Part shown: positions 37,763 through 50,826 of the stretch, piece by piece | How positions within the stretch are numbered: position 1 is the first letter of the stretch | Layout of the letters: each line of letters starts with the position of its first letter | Program-made: the position numbers and the translations under genes | The notes under the pieces: generated by a model | What the model was told of the DNA's origin: nothing | Databases searched by the model: none | Seen by the model: only the letters and a program-made list of their open reading frames with translations | Origin: Eledone cirrhosa | Lineage: Eukaryota | Direction: 5' to 3' | Assembly: GCA_964016885.1 (NCBI GenBank) | Contig: OZ024742.1 | Span: 238,700,001 to 238,764,000, forward strand | Length of the DNA stretch: 64,000 nt

Positions 37763-37958
37763 CAACATATACGTATCCTTGTACTCATTAGCACACGACC
37801 CTAGAATATTACTCTCTGTACCCTTATATCTGTTTATCTTTATTCACTACCCCTAGCCACACAGGAATCACATTACATATAACCCGGACTAACTGGGGAC
37901 TAACTATAGTCTATTTGCACATTTCATCAGATTTTGCCACCTTCAACTTCGCATCACG

Positions 37959-38599
37959 AGTGTGAATAACTAATAATCGTTTGGTACACGCGATGATCCG
38001 ACGGATGTGGCAGCTTTCCCGACAGCACGCCAGGTACTCGGGTCGACCAGCCTTCCTTGAGTGCGTGCTTGGAAAAATAAATTTCCCCTTCTTTCGGTAA
38101 GCGAAAATACTCGGAACGGCTGCGTCGCCCTGGGGCCCTGTCGGACTTGGAACCCGCCGCGACACCGGCTATTGACCGCTAAACAGTACCTTTAAATTCT
38201 AGGCTTAATCATAACTTTTAACTTTATCTTACCTCCTTCTACTAGCACTTAACTAAATCCCCCACCAGTGTGAATAACTAGTAATCGTTTGGTATATACG
38301 ATGGCCAACCGACGGTGGCGGACTTCCCGCTAACACACCCGGCGCTTAAGACAGTTAACATTCCTGGAGTGCTTGGAAAACTAAATTTCCATTTCTTTCG
38401 CTAGACGATAATACTCGGAACGATTGACACGCCGTTGGGCCTCGGGCTGGCCGGGGTCCGCAACGTTGCTGGTTATTGACCGCTAAGCATGGGCTTAATC
38501 TTTGCTCTATATTCTACCCTGAAACTTTATCGTGACTATCTATAATACACTTAAACTTTTTCATAACAGCCTCCTTCTGTAAATTCTTTAACTAAATCT
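37959..38599. repeat. Diverged tandem duplication of a ~310-330 bp unit with GC-rich core
   Basis: Units start at 37959 and 38267; shared blocks agtgtgaataacta.taatcgtttggta, ccgacgg, gtgcttggaaaa.taaatttcc, aatactcggaacg, tattgaccgctaa, ggcttaatc, aactttatc, ttaactaaatc. Confidence 0.85.
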
Positions 38600-38905
38600 A
38601 ACAACAACAGACGTACAGTAGTATGTATATACATACATACATGCACACATATATATATGTACGTATGGGTTTACCGAACATTTAGTATAACGTCTGTATA
38701 CATATATGTATGTAGGTATACATACTTATATTTAAGTATCAGCCGTACTAAGAGTGAGAAATGAAATTTTATTTTTTCCATTTATCGTTTTCGGTACGCC
38801 CAGCCGACTAACTCACTCGATATGCAAATTAGGCTGCTCAGCCGTTAATATGCATAAGGAAAGTATATACTTTCAAACGTTCTATCGACTAACAGGAAGG
38901 TATAC

Positions 38906-38944
38906 GGTGCTGATGACAGCTAATAAGCTAGAAACTAGTTCATC
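38906..38944 (+). ncRNA. Minimal type I hammerhead ribozyme with palindromic stem III
   Basis: GGUG-CUGAUGA-cAGCU(aaua)AGCUa-GAAACUAGUU/CAUC; AACUAGUU is self-complementary; stem I only 4 bp. Confidence 0.6.
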
Positions 38945-39049
38945 ATTTCTTTGTCAGTGTTGAACAAAATAGCAACGATGGTTGCCGAACACTGTACGGC
39001 TAATAATTCGGGCTGTTTGTTTACAAACAAACCGAGCATTATAATACGT

Positions 39050-39950
<901 letters not shown>

Positions 39951-39988
39951 TATTAAACAAATGGAAACTATATTTATAAAACCATATT

Positions 39989-40054
39989 TATTTCATTATA
40001 CATATTTCGGGGATACCATATTAAAAATATGGCATGCCTTCTTCAGATAAAATA
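39989..40054 (-). ncRNA. Minimal type I hammerhead-like motif
   Basis: UAUUUUAU-CUGAAGA-aggcAUGCCAUAUU(uuu)AAUAUGGUAUcccc-GAAAUAUGUAUA/AUGAAAUA. Confidence 0.55.
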
Positions 40055-41076
40055 CAATATATAAACAGTTTTATAAATAATTTTGACGTACCATAAATAT
40101 TGAGCAACCGTTATTTAGGAAGCCGGTTTGGTAGTGAGATGTTTATAAATATTTAGTGTTAAGCACAGTTAAAAAGAAAGACGGAGAAAAAGAAGAAATG
40201 TATGTAAAGAAAAACAGAGAGAAATAGAGAGAGATAGGGGAGAGAGAAATAGTGAGGAGGTGAAAAAAGAGAGGCAGCTGAAGGCAACAGATGAATAATA
40301 ATAATTCATCATACAAATTGAGAGATTTAGGAGGGAGGGAGTACTGTAATTATTTAGTTATAGTGTTAAGGACAGTTAGGGAGGAGACGGAGAGAAATAA
40401 AAAATGAAGAGAAAACAGAGAGAGAGAAAGATAGAGGTGGGGAAAAAAGAAAGAGGTAGACCAAATAATAATAATTATATAGGGGGAGGTGAAAATCAAG
40501 AGAGAAATAGGAGAGAAATAAGAGAGAAACTTGAGAGGCAAAGTCAGAACAACAGATACATAGACTTAGTCGCCATGCATTTAGGTTGGCGGCGTATGAA
40601 TACTAAGAGCAATTTCTGCCCAACAGGCGAATTCGCGCCTAAATATCTATTCACCTCAGTTGCATTCCAGGTTTTGTCCTGAGAGGACTAATGCAACTCA
40701 TTACTGATTTTTATGTAGCCTACTTCACGGTAAAACTATATGTTAATTTGTTTTAAAGAGAATAAACCATTATTATATGTTTAAATATGTCTTCGCATCC
40801 TTTCACCAACTATGGAGCTTATTATTAAACATAAACACGCAGCCTACCAATTTATATCTTACTTAAGGATATCATCTCTGTCATCAAAGGAGAATGTAGC
40901 ATTACCACGGACAATACCAGTATACAACCAAATATCTTCTTTTCGGATCCTTTCTACTACCAATATTAAATGCAGTAAACAACCAAATGTAGCCTAGCTA
41001 AATGCTGATTTGTGTGTGTCTACGTGTGCGTTTCTACGTGTTTGTTTATTAACAAGTTTTTTTTGTATGTGTACGT

Positions 41077-41383
41077 CAGGGGCGTGCAACAGGCGGCCCG
41101 CAGGCCACAATCCGGCCCTCCAGACCAGCCAGAGTGGCCCGCGATGACCGTTTTTAATTTTTTCCTTGTCGGCTTATTTAGAATTCTTTTCGTAACTGTA
41201 ATACAATTTCAGTTAGTTGACCTATACTAAAGGGCTTCGCTGATAGGGTTATGTGTGTTATAATTTCCCAGCTCCATGTTATGGAAAGAAGTTGTGGGGA
41301 ATCTTTTGAATAGTGCTTAATAAATATTAATGGCCCTAATAGTTGTTCCAATTTTCAAAATCGGAATATGTTGCACACCGCTG
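41077..41383. mobile_element. hAT (Charlie/Buster-type) MITE
   Basis: TIRs CAGGGGCGTGCAAC / GTTGCACACCGCTG, subterminal ggcccgc motifs, imperfect 8-bp TSD GTGTACGT / GTGTAAGG with central TA. Confidence 0.8.
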
Positions 41384-41982
41384 GTGTAAGGTATCTAAGT
41401 ATTTCCGTGGGGATGAGGAAGGGTACTAAAAGCGGTGGGAAGAGCAGATTAGAGAAAGAGGGGCGGTGCATTAAGGTCATAGAGGGGAGATGTATTTTAA
41501 AAAAAAAAAAAAAGCCTCTGTTCTTTCTGGCGGCGCGTGTCTGGGGTGTCCGGTGCAGGAATTGAACCCATCAACGGCCAATCTGACCAATGTATATGGC
41601 CTCACACAGCGTGCACCGGGGCCCATAGACGGAGGTTGTGAAAGTGCAACTGAAAGAGTCCCTAATATGAAAAGTACGTCAGTTAAGTCCGATGAGGGTG
41701 GTGGTGTGGGTGATGAAGCTGTATGTTTGGCAGCGGGATCAGGAACAGGGATGGGGTCCAGGAGAGGAGTTGAAAAGAAGGATAAAACTGCGGACGAGAA
41801 GGTTCCTAATGTTGCGTGCGCGTTTAAAAGAGAGGGGAGGGGAAACGGGAGAGGCGGAGGATTGTCTTCTGGAGGGGCAAGGTGGAAGGGTGATAGGTAA
41901 AGGGAAATGGTTGCTGGTTGGGGGTGCTGTGGCGTAAGAGCAGAGGTATGGGTGAGGGCGTTGGCTTGTATCAGGGTAGGGG

Positions 41983-43985
41983 TGTAGTGACCTACATTCC
42001 GCGGGATCACATACATTCTCTGTGCGTTATTTGGCTCATCCCAGCCAATGACCGCCAGCGGAAGAGAATGTATCTCTACGCGCCCCGAGGGAAAAATTCC
42101 CGCGTCGATTTGAGAAATCTCTCTCTTGCATCCTGACCTCGAAAAGGTAAACAACTAACTTTCTTTCGTCGTGAAATCACTAGCCAATATGTAACACAAC
42201 AACTTAACCACGGTCTGGCAACACTTCAGCCAGTGGACCGTGCCTTCTGAAATTCTTAATTCGTTTGTTTCATTTCTCTTGGCATGTCTGCTCTACTCAG
42301 CTCTACATAGCTCAAACTTGTTAATAAATAAATTAAAACAAACCAAAGTCGTTGTCGATGTTCTTACTACCAAACTAATTACTCGTGGCGCAACTAACAA
42401 TAACACATCTTTACTTGTTAAATTGGTGACCCCGACGTGATGAATATTTTAAATACAAAATATTCCTTTTAAAATAAAAAAAATTAGCAGTATTTCAAAA
42501 AAGATTTTCGCCACGAGGAAATTTCAAAATGGCTACCACCAAGTACTTCTCTACTACCAGCCATCAGCAGCAACTGACGCAGCATAGTGTTCACCTTTGT
42601 GGTTATACCGCCGCGACTGCCACCACAACGAATAGCAGTCACCTAAAGCTTCTGGTAACACATTTACCACTACGGTGACTACCACAGCTTCGATACAGCT
42701 GCAATGACAACTTCGGCGCCATCAGCAGCAGCGACAACATTGGTTAACCACTAACCATAGACAACGCATGGTGAATTCGACTTCGATTCTACAGAGGATT
42801 ACTGTGATTTCGTTTCGATAACAACAACAACAACAACTCTACTAGCTTCCTAGTAAGAGCGATCCCAAAGAAAAGAAAAAGCGAACTTTGTGTTAAGAAA
42901 CAATTCTTTCTTTCTTTTTTTTTTTACAGGCAATGTTTGGACATTTTTTATTTTTAAAAACTGTATTATATGAAAATTCTTTTTTTTTTCTCTCTATCAT
43001 TATATATATGACTGCACGCACATTTTCTTTGCTGTTTACATGCCTGCATATGCACACACATTTCTTTGACACACACCAACATGTTGTTGTCCTTAGTGTA
43101 TGATATTCAAACGTCGTAATATTCTGCGAGATTCCTTATTACTTTGTGGAGACACCAAACATGCTATCGACACTTTGCAGCTTAACTCACCTGCACCGCA
43201 ACATGAGAATGCTAATTGCAGCTGGACTCAAACAATTTCGCATCTCGCTGCACACTCATCGTCCATAACAACCTCCGCTTGTTACTTTACCCGACTCCCT
43301 GGGAAAACAACAAATGGAACTGGACCTGTCAGCATTTCCACCATTTCTATGGATTCGCCAGAATTATGGAATTTACATTTCAACTACTACAGATTCAACT
43401 TGCTTTTTTCTTTTCAAAGCAGCCAGCCAGTTTTTCCTGGCTGCCTAGCACTTTCGGCAATACATCTGGGAGGCCGACATTTTCTCGCCTACTCATCATC
43501 TTCTTGCCAACACTGGTAAACTACCATAACAGCTTCACCCACAGCTACAACACTTACCATTAACATTTAATGCAAAAACAGCAACTTCGCCCATGTCAGA
43601 CTTTATCCGTTTTCTGTTAGACCTTTGGTGGTCACGTATAAACTACAAAACAGCTAGTCATTTGACACAGCGGCTCAACACGGCCCTTAGCGCCTCATTT
43701 TTTTCTTGCATGCATTCTTCTGTTCAATTATTTTTTTTCACTGATGTGCTCTTTCAGCATTTTTCTCTACTGATTCAATAATCTGTATCGTATTACGTCT
43801 AGAGGGGGAGTATTGTAGTGACCTACATTCCGCGGGCTCACATACATTCTCTGTGCACGATTTGGCTCAGCTCAGTCAATCAGCGCCAGTAGAAGAGAAT
43901 GTATCTCTACGCGCCCTGAGGGAAAAATTCCCACGTTGATTTGAAGAATCAGCCTCTCGCATCCTGAACTTCGAAGGAGCAACAC
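41983..43985 (+). mobile_element. Non-autonomous LTR element N1 with tRNA-Trp PBS; 3' LTR truncated
   Basis: LTR starts TGTAGTGACC at 41983 and 43814; PBS TGGTGACCCCGACGTGAT 42424-42441; PPT AGAGGGGGAG 43801-43810; no pol motifs inside. Confidence 0.85.
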
Positions 43986-44144
43986 GTACAACATGTAATG
44001 GTGAGATTTTGCACTTTGGCCTGCCTGCCTTCCTTGGGCCTGTCACAATGGCACATTCCCTTTTGTAACCTCATTTTATGTGTAACTTCAACCATACAAA
44101 TTAACAAACATTATTTGTGCTACAACAAAAATAAACATACATTT

Positions 44145-46306
44145 TATAGCGGGTTTACTGGGTTGTATGAATGTAACAAGGAATACATTGTTTGTTTGTA
44201 GATAATATTTAATTAACAATGGTAGATAGTATAGTTGACATGTCAAAGATGAGGATGGTAGAATGAAGCAAAGTTAGTAGTTACCGTTTTGATTGCCAGG
44301 CAAACGCGGCTGGCAGAGGACGCCTGGCTAAGGCCAGGCGCCTGTTGGCCAAATGAATGGCAGAGCCAAAATGAGAGGCTCTTGACCTGGTGCCGAAAAG
44401 GCAATGAGAGTTTGAGAGCTTAAAGTTGTTAGTTTTATAGGGTTCTGACCGGAAGTTGCAGAAAGGGTTCTACTTCCCGTCTAGATCCTAATCAAAACAA
44501 GGGAGACAACCGCTACATAACCTCCCGCCAGAATTTTAGTGTATAAAAATCGAAATGAAAATATGTAGCAAGTTGGCGAGAATGTTGTAACAGGCATGAA
44601 AATTACGACAAAAGAATGTTTGGAAAAATCAATGATAGATATCAAGGTAGCCAACCGCTCTTGGCCAGAGAACGACTGGACATCCCTCTATCCATCACCC
44701 AAAGATACAATGTAATAAAGTAAAAGTAATAGAAGAGCTCAAAGTTCAAATGTACAAAATATAGTTCACAGGTGTGCAATCACATGGCAGCAGGAAAGAA
44801 AGTGTGTTCCAGAGAATGAATGCAGGTGGTTTCTGTTCTGTGGTATATCGTGAAATTTCCAACCTCCGAATGGATTTTCTCACAGGGAGAGTGCTGCAAA
44901 AATAAATTCTCTGGCGTTCTGCTGGTTGTTGGTGAAGCTGTGTTGATATATTGCTGCTGCTGCTGTTGTCTCGCTGAGTGAGCGTATTCGGTGTTTAAAT
45001 TCACAGTAAAAAAAAAAAAAAAAATTTTTTTTTCTTTTTTTTTAGAAAAAATGAGTTGCGCAAAGTGCTAGAAATAGCAGCCGAAGTTGATGGTCGATGT
45101 TGAGAATGCGTTGACCTGGAAGGGTCAAGAGGCCAGCGACCAGAGAAATAAGCATTCCCAATAAATGCGCGGTTATCAACGGCAAATTTACATTGTAAAT
45201 TTATAAACCGGCAAATAGAAGAATATAGCTTAAGGCTGAAGAATCCTTGGCGAGAAATGTTATCTCTGGCGTGCGGCTATGTCTGTGAGTAGAGACATCT
45301 CTGTGAATCGAGAATTTGTGCTGCCTACACGTGCCAATACAAGGTTGAAAAAAATAATATTTCTAACGCGCGAGAAAATGATAGTGCAATTTTGAAAGTG
45401 ACAATGATGAAAAAGAAAGGCTTCACTCAGCATAATTATTGGTGTGAACTTTGGGAAAAAAAAACTTGAACGATGAAGAAAACGATGAACAAAAAGGCAA
45501 TGGTTCATCGAAAATAAATGTTCCTGTTGAAATGTTTTTTTAAAGAATATCAAATTTTTTTTTTTTTTTTTTTTGTGTTTTGAAAGAGTTCGTTGTAAGA
45601 AACGAGAAACATATATATATATCGTGAAATGTTTTGTTTTTTTTTGTTTTGAAAGTGTTCGTTGTAAGAAACGAGAAACATATATATATATTGGTGAAAT
45701 GCGACAGTTAATTGATGCGTGAGAGAAAAAGTCTGTCTGTGCGAATTCCACATGTGCGTGTGTGCGTGTCCTTGAGTATTTTCATAGTTTGTCGATTAAT
45801 TTACTGTGTATTCGTAATGTTACTCACACGAAACCAGATGTGCTATTTTTTCTTTTTTTTTTGGGGGGGGGGGGGGGGTGTGTGACCACTTATAGCGATG
45901 AACGGCTGCGTGTTCGTATCACGTCAGGGTTACCAATATAGCGAGATTACTGGGTTGTATGAATGTAACAAGGAATACATGGTTTGGTGTATAATATTTA
46001 ATTAACAATGGTAGATAGTATAGTTGACATGTCAAAGATGAGGATGGTAGAATGAAGCAAAGTTAGTAGTTACCGTTTTGATTGCCAGGCAAACGCGGCT
46101 GGCAGAGGACGCCTGGCTAAGGCCAGGCGCCTGTTGGCCAAATGAATGGCAGAGCCAAAATGAGAGGCTCTTGACCTGGTGCCGAAAAGGCAATGAGAGT
46201 TTGAGAGCTTAAAGTTGTTAGTTTTATAGGGTTCTGACCGGAAGTTGCAGAAAGGGTTCTACTTCCCGTCTAGATCCTAATCAAAACAAGGGAGACAACC
46301 GCTACA
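44145..46306 (-). mobile_element. Non-autonomous LTR element N2, complete
   Basis: LTRs 44145-44517 and 45937-46306; 4-bp TSD ATTT; PBS TGGTAACCCTGACGTGAT (45918-45935, tRNA-Trp-like); purine tract beside 44517; 1.4 kb non-coding interior. Confidence 0.92.
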
Positions 46307-46582
46307 ATTTCATCTCTAATTTCTGCTGTTGACATCATTATTATGTTACTCGTGCCCCAATAACATTTATATACTATGCTGCTAAAGGGGTATTCTGGCT
46401 GGGTGAAGTCTAACCATGTAATGTGCCTGAACCTTGAAATCATGGGTTCGACTGCACATACGACGGAGACTGACGTGATGAGGTAGCGATTGGAGTGATT
46501 AATAGAAACAAAGATATCCAGGAAGTGATGGAGACAGAGGTGGTGAAGTCAAGGTTGGGGTGGAAGGAACAGAAGAAGGAGT

Positions 46583-47075
46583 TGTAGTGACCTACATTCT
46601 GATGGCTCTTGAATACATTCTCCGTACGTTGTTTGGCTCAGTTCAGCCAATCGCTACTAGCGTAGGGAGATGTATTTCAAATTCCCGCTTCTCTTCGAAA
46701 ATCTCCCTCTTTGAATCTCCTCACCAGAAAGTAAACATCTATTGATTTTGCTCAACAAACTTTCCAAAATGTAGCTATCGAACAATTACCGCGGCCGTGG
46801 CTTCTAACTTCAGCCATAGGTCTGCGCATTCTTTTACAGCATCTTAACTTGTTTTATTTCATTTTTTATTACATGTCCTAACAGCTAACCCAACTTCTTA
46901 TCTTTGTAAATAAATTATATATCAAAAAACGTCGCAATGCCTTATGATGATATTTGCCACAACATTCCCTTGGATTGCTTTGGTTACCCTGTGATACAAT
47001 ACACAAACAATAATATTAACATCATAACAACACATATAACTAACAACTAAATACTCATTCTAAATTGGTGAACAT
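46583..47075 (+). mobile_element. Diverged LTR of the N1 family with decayed PBS
   Basis: Begins TGTAGTGACCTACATTC; ends ...taaaTTGGTGAAC like N1. Confidence 0.7.
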
Positions 47076-48659
47076 CCACTAAATAACTTCCTCTAAAGAG
47101 TCAAGCTGTACTCGGGTGAGGGACGCGGCACCGGTTCAGTTATCAATAAAACGTCTGTATAGCTCGGGAGTGGGGCTAGTGTATTGGGAAAAGATTTGGG
47201 CCTCAACATAGCCGATGAATAAATTGGCCATCTCTGTCGTCCGTTGGTACATCTCACAAGAGAAAGAGAAACAATTGAGGACGAGAATCAGCCGGCCAGG
47301 CGAATAAGGATGGAGATGGAAGGTTAAGGCGAAGGTCAAGGGAATGCTGGAGAGCTGTGTGGGATGGCAGGATGGTTACAAGGGGTTAAAAAATGGAGTC
47401 CAAGAAAGCAGAAACTAATTCTGTTGGACAATTGCACGCGGAGACGATGGGGTGTCCGATTTATGGATTTTGGGGAGGAAGTATATGGTGGAAATACGTG
47501 GTGTGTGGACGATAATGTTGGTTGCTGTGGCGGGTAGGAGTGTGGAGGTGATAAGTTCGCGTAAAGTGAAGGAAACTGATAGAGGAGTGGGGTTAGAAGA
47601 CAGGAGGCGGTATAAGAGGAGGGTTGTGGAGGTGCCGTAACGCCTTCGTTTTGTAGCGGTTGGCGCGTCATATGATCACAGCACCCCCTTTGGCGATGTC
47701 ATCATGCTGTCGGAGGGAGAGAGGTCGGCGATATCTACCCGAGAGATGTTTCTCCGTTGAAAGCGTTTCCGAAAGTCGAACCGATTCATTTCTCGATGGA
47801 AGGCGTCATCAAACGTGTCTAAGGCACTGAATTGTCTGGAGGACGGCGTCCAGTGCGATGGTCGTCCACCCAGCTCATCAAGGAGGCTAGAATTGTTCAG
47901 AGCCGGAGCGATATCATAAAAATGAGCTTGCAATTTTTTCCGACGCTTCTACGTTCAACATCGGAGTGGGTCAGAAATTCATCGCCGGAAGATGTGAGGG
48001 GCATGAAGCGCAGACCTCTACTGAGGAGTGATCGCTCAGATCCGGAGAGGGGAAGGTCGGGGGTAGAGTGACAAGTTGTGGGTTCGGTGGAGTGGAGTTT
48101 GGATCAGAAGGGTTGGATAGGGAGTTAGTAGAAGGAAGAGGGTATACTGCGGGTGCGAGTGAGGGCTAAGAAATAGGAGTGGAAAGGTGGGAAGGTGAAT
48201 GTTGGTGAGGTGCGTGTGAGTGTACTGGTGGGGTGGGATGAAAGAGAGAATTAAGCTTGCGAAGTTTGGTGAAGGTGAAGAAGTCGAAGAGTAGGTAGTT
48301 GAGGTGTAGGATGAAGAGAATTATTGAATGTGAGAGGAAAGGGCGACAGGTAGAACATAGGAGAAAGGTTTGGGGGAGGTCGCAGTTGATGGTGCAAATC
48401 TAGGACATGGTGAAACGTAGGGTGGCTTGCATAAGAAGGCAGGATGGTCTGTAGAGGATGGGCTAAATGGAGGAGAAGGAGTAGGTTGTGGGGTGGAAAT
48501 GGAGGCGAAAACTCTGCGGGATGAGATGTAGACAACTGCTGAGGTGATATGGCTGGTGTATTGGGCTTTTGCGATGACGAGGTATGACAGGCGGAGAGCA
48601 GGTTGGCAACAGAAATTATTATTTTGAGTGGAGGTGACGGAGGAAAAATGTTTGGTTAG

Positions 48660-50400
48660 GCATGTCGTGTTCATTCTCGGAAGCACTTGCTACCAGTACG
48701 TCGTTAATATACGCGTATACGAAGGGTAGATCGCGTAACACGGTGTCAATAAACCGCTGAAAAGTTTGTGCAGCGTTGCGCAGACCGAACGGCATTCGCA
48801 GGAATTCGAATAAACCGAACGGTGTTGTGAATGCGGTCTTCGGAATGTCTGCAGGCTCCATAGGTATCTGGTTATATGCACGCACCAAATCTACCTTGGA
48901 AAAGATACGTGCGCCTTGCAGAGAGGCAGAAAAATCGTGCAGGTGAGGTACAGGGTAATTATCGGACACTGTAGAATTGTTAAGTGCACGATAATCCCCA
49001 CATGGTCGCCAATCATTCTCGGTTTTATTTGGAACAAGGTGTAGGGGTGCAGACCAGTTGCTGGAGGAAGGGCGAATGATTCCGAGGTCTAGCATGTGTT
49101 GGAACTCCTGCTTGGCGATTCTCAATCGGTCTGGAGGCAGTCTCCTTGGTCGGGCAGCTGTGGGTGGTCCCTTTGTCTCGATGTGGTGCGTGACACTATG
49201 CTTAATAGGACCATCCTTAAATACCGGGCGAGTGATGTCTGGGTATTTCTGGAGAATGCCGTTGTACCGCGAAGGCTCTGACTGGCAAATTACAGGGCTC
49301 ACTGTGGATTGCGTGGTAAATATACCTCTCACAGTGAGGTTTGTGGTGGTGTCAATTAGCCTCCGGTTCTTCATGTCCACCAGAAGGTTGAAGTGGTGGA
49401 GAAAATCGGCTCCTAGGATCGGGGTCGGCAGGTCTGCCACGACGAACACCCATTGAAAACGCCGCCTCAGGCCTAAATTGAGGGTCAGAGACTTCTCCCC
49501 GAAAGTCGGAATTGACGATTGGTTCACTGCCTGCAGAAAGGACATGGTTGGGTGTCTTTTGCCCGAGATTAGTGAAACCGGAATAACACTAACCTGGGCT
49601 CCTGTATCCACGAGGTAACGGATGCCTGTCGCCTGGTCGTTAATAAAAAATAAACGACTTTTCTTTTCAGTACCAGGGGTGAACGTCGTCGCCAGGCCCT
49701 GGGTGGCATTCCGGAAAGAGCACGGGGCTTTGCACTTAGATGCCTGTGCGCCGAAATTTGTGTGATACCAGCAGAGGTTGCCAGGCACACGATTTTGACT
49801 GGGACTACTGGATCTTCGACTGTGAAAAGGCCTGGATCGACTGTTGCTGCGTCACCGGTGTGTTTGAAAGGTCAAGTTCTCTACTTGATTCGAGAGGGCT
49901 TTAATTTGACCAGCCCGCTCTCTGATCATAGCCCGCAGCTCTGAAATCTCGGCCTCTGTCGTTTGTGACATGTCCATGTTGATATTTTCTTAGGTGCTGT
50001 CTGGTTGCGCGTTCGACTCACGTTCGGGTCACCAATTGTAGCGACGTGGTTAGTCCGTCTAGTCACTACTTCTGATCAGATCTGAAGGTAGTCCTTAAAA
50101 GGACTGTTGTCGCATATAGCCCTTAAAAGAACTGTTGAGGATGGACAGACGAAAGCACAAGTTGAAAGGACGAAGCAAGGCGAGATGTAAATTCGATCAG
50201 CTATTTATTTTCACATGAAGCGACGATACGAGGTACAAGGCGTGTGTGAGTGACAAAGCGTGGCAGAGGCGAGGAACAACGATGCGCTAGCTGACTCTGC
50301 CAAAAGTCGACTGCTGAAGTGTTTGGAACCACTCTATTTATACAGAAACAATCGTTTGATGTTTAGCCGATGTGTAGGCGTTTATTCTGGTAGGTTTTAA
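48660..50400 (-). mobile_element. CsRn1-clade Gypsy fragment (LTR, PBS, deleted gag, PR, partial RT)
   Basis: CWYH...C..PC (CHCC gag motif), [29 protein letters not shown]; PBS TGGTGACCCGAACGTGA at ~50018-50034; inner LTR edge at 50037, outer edge uncertain. Confidence 0.9.
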
Positions 50401-50697
50401 GGATTCTTTTGTTTCACGTTGAAGTAGCTAGCTAACAGGTAGATGGCGCTGTATATTTCACAGATGTTATTTCCGGTGGCTGTACAAATCTGACAATTTC
50501 ATATTTTCTTATTTCTTGCTCTAACGTCATTGTTTATCCTGTATTTAGGTATAAAAGAATAACAATTTAAAAGATTACCATACAAAACTAAAAGAATATG
50601 TTTGTTTAAAAAAAAAAAAAGCTTTTATACGGTAAAATAAATTGTTGAAAGATGGATTTTGTATTTTGGGAAATAGAATAGTCTACGTTTTTATTTA

Positions 50698-50730
50698 TGA
50701 CGTCACTCTTGCGTCAAACCTGTATAAAAG
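50698..50730 (+). promoter_or_regulatory. Candidate Pol II promoter: CRE palindrome, ATF/CEBP-like site and TATA box
   Basis: TGACGTCA 50698-50705, TTGCGTCA 50709-50716, TATAAAAG 50723-50730, about 100 bp upstream of the ATG at 50827. Confidence 0.5.
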
Positions 50731-50826
50731 CAGTGCTTCTTCTGCAATCTCTTACATTTGCCGAGTTCCATTTAGCACTTCGACACCAATTTTTCTATAC
50801 AGTGGCTTAAAACTTCAGATAGAAAG

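Larger units (their letters stand above)
41400..48650 (-). mobile_element. Decayed Penelope-like element fragmented by nested LTR insertions
   Basis: In order on minus: LSDPERSLLSRGLRFMP (~48040), SHWTP..FSALDTF (~47860), ANLFIGYVE...YRRFIDN (~47140-47230), PNLDFT..FLDI (~46510-46560), then GIY-YIG-like LCEAIYIGQIGR (~41575-41610). Confidence 0.75.

Noticed and set aside
37885-37930. CTGATGA and AGACTATA/TAGTCC on minus strand as hammerhead or group I intron core
   Set aside because: No correctly placed GAAA with stems, and no P/Q elements or plausible spacing.
37911-38165. 84-aa ORF containing AVPSIF (THAP-like AVPTIF box)
   Set aside because: No C2CH THAP residues upstream, and the second repeat unit has a stop and indels in that frame.
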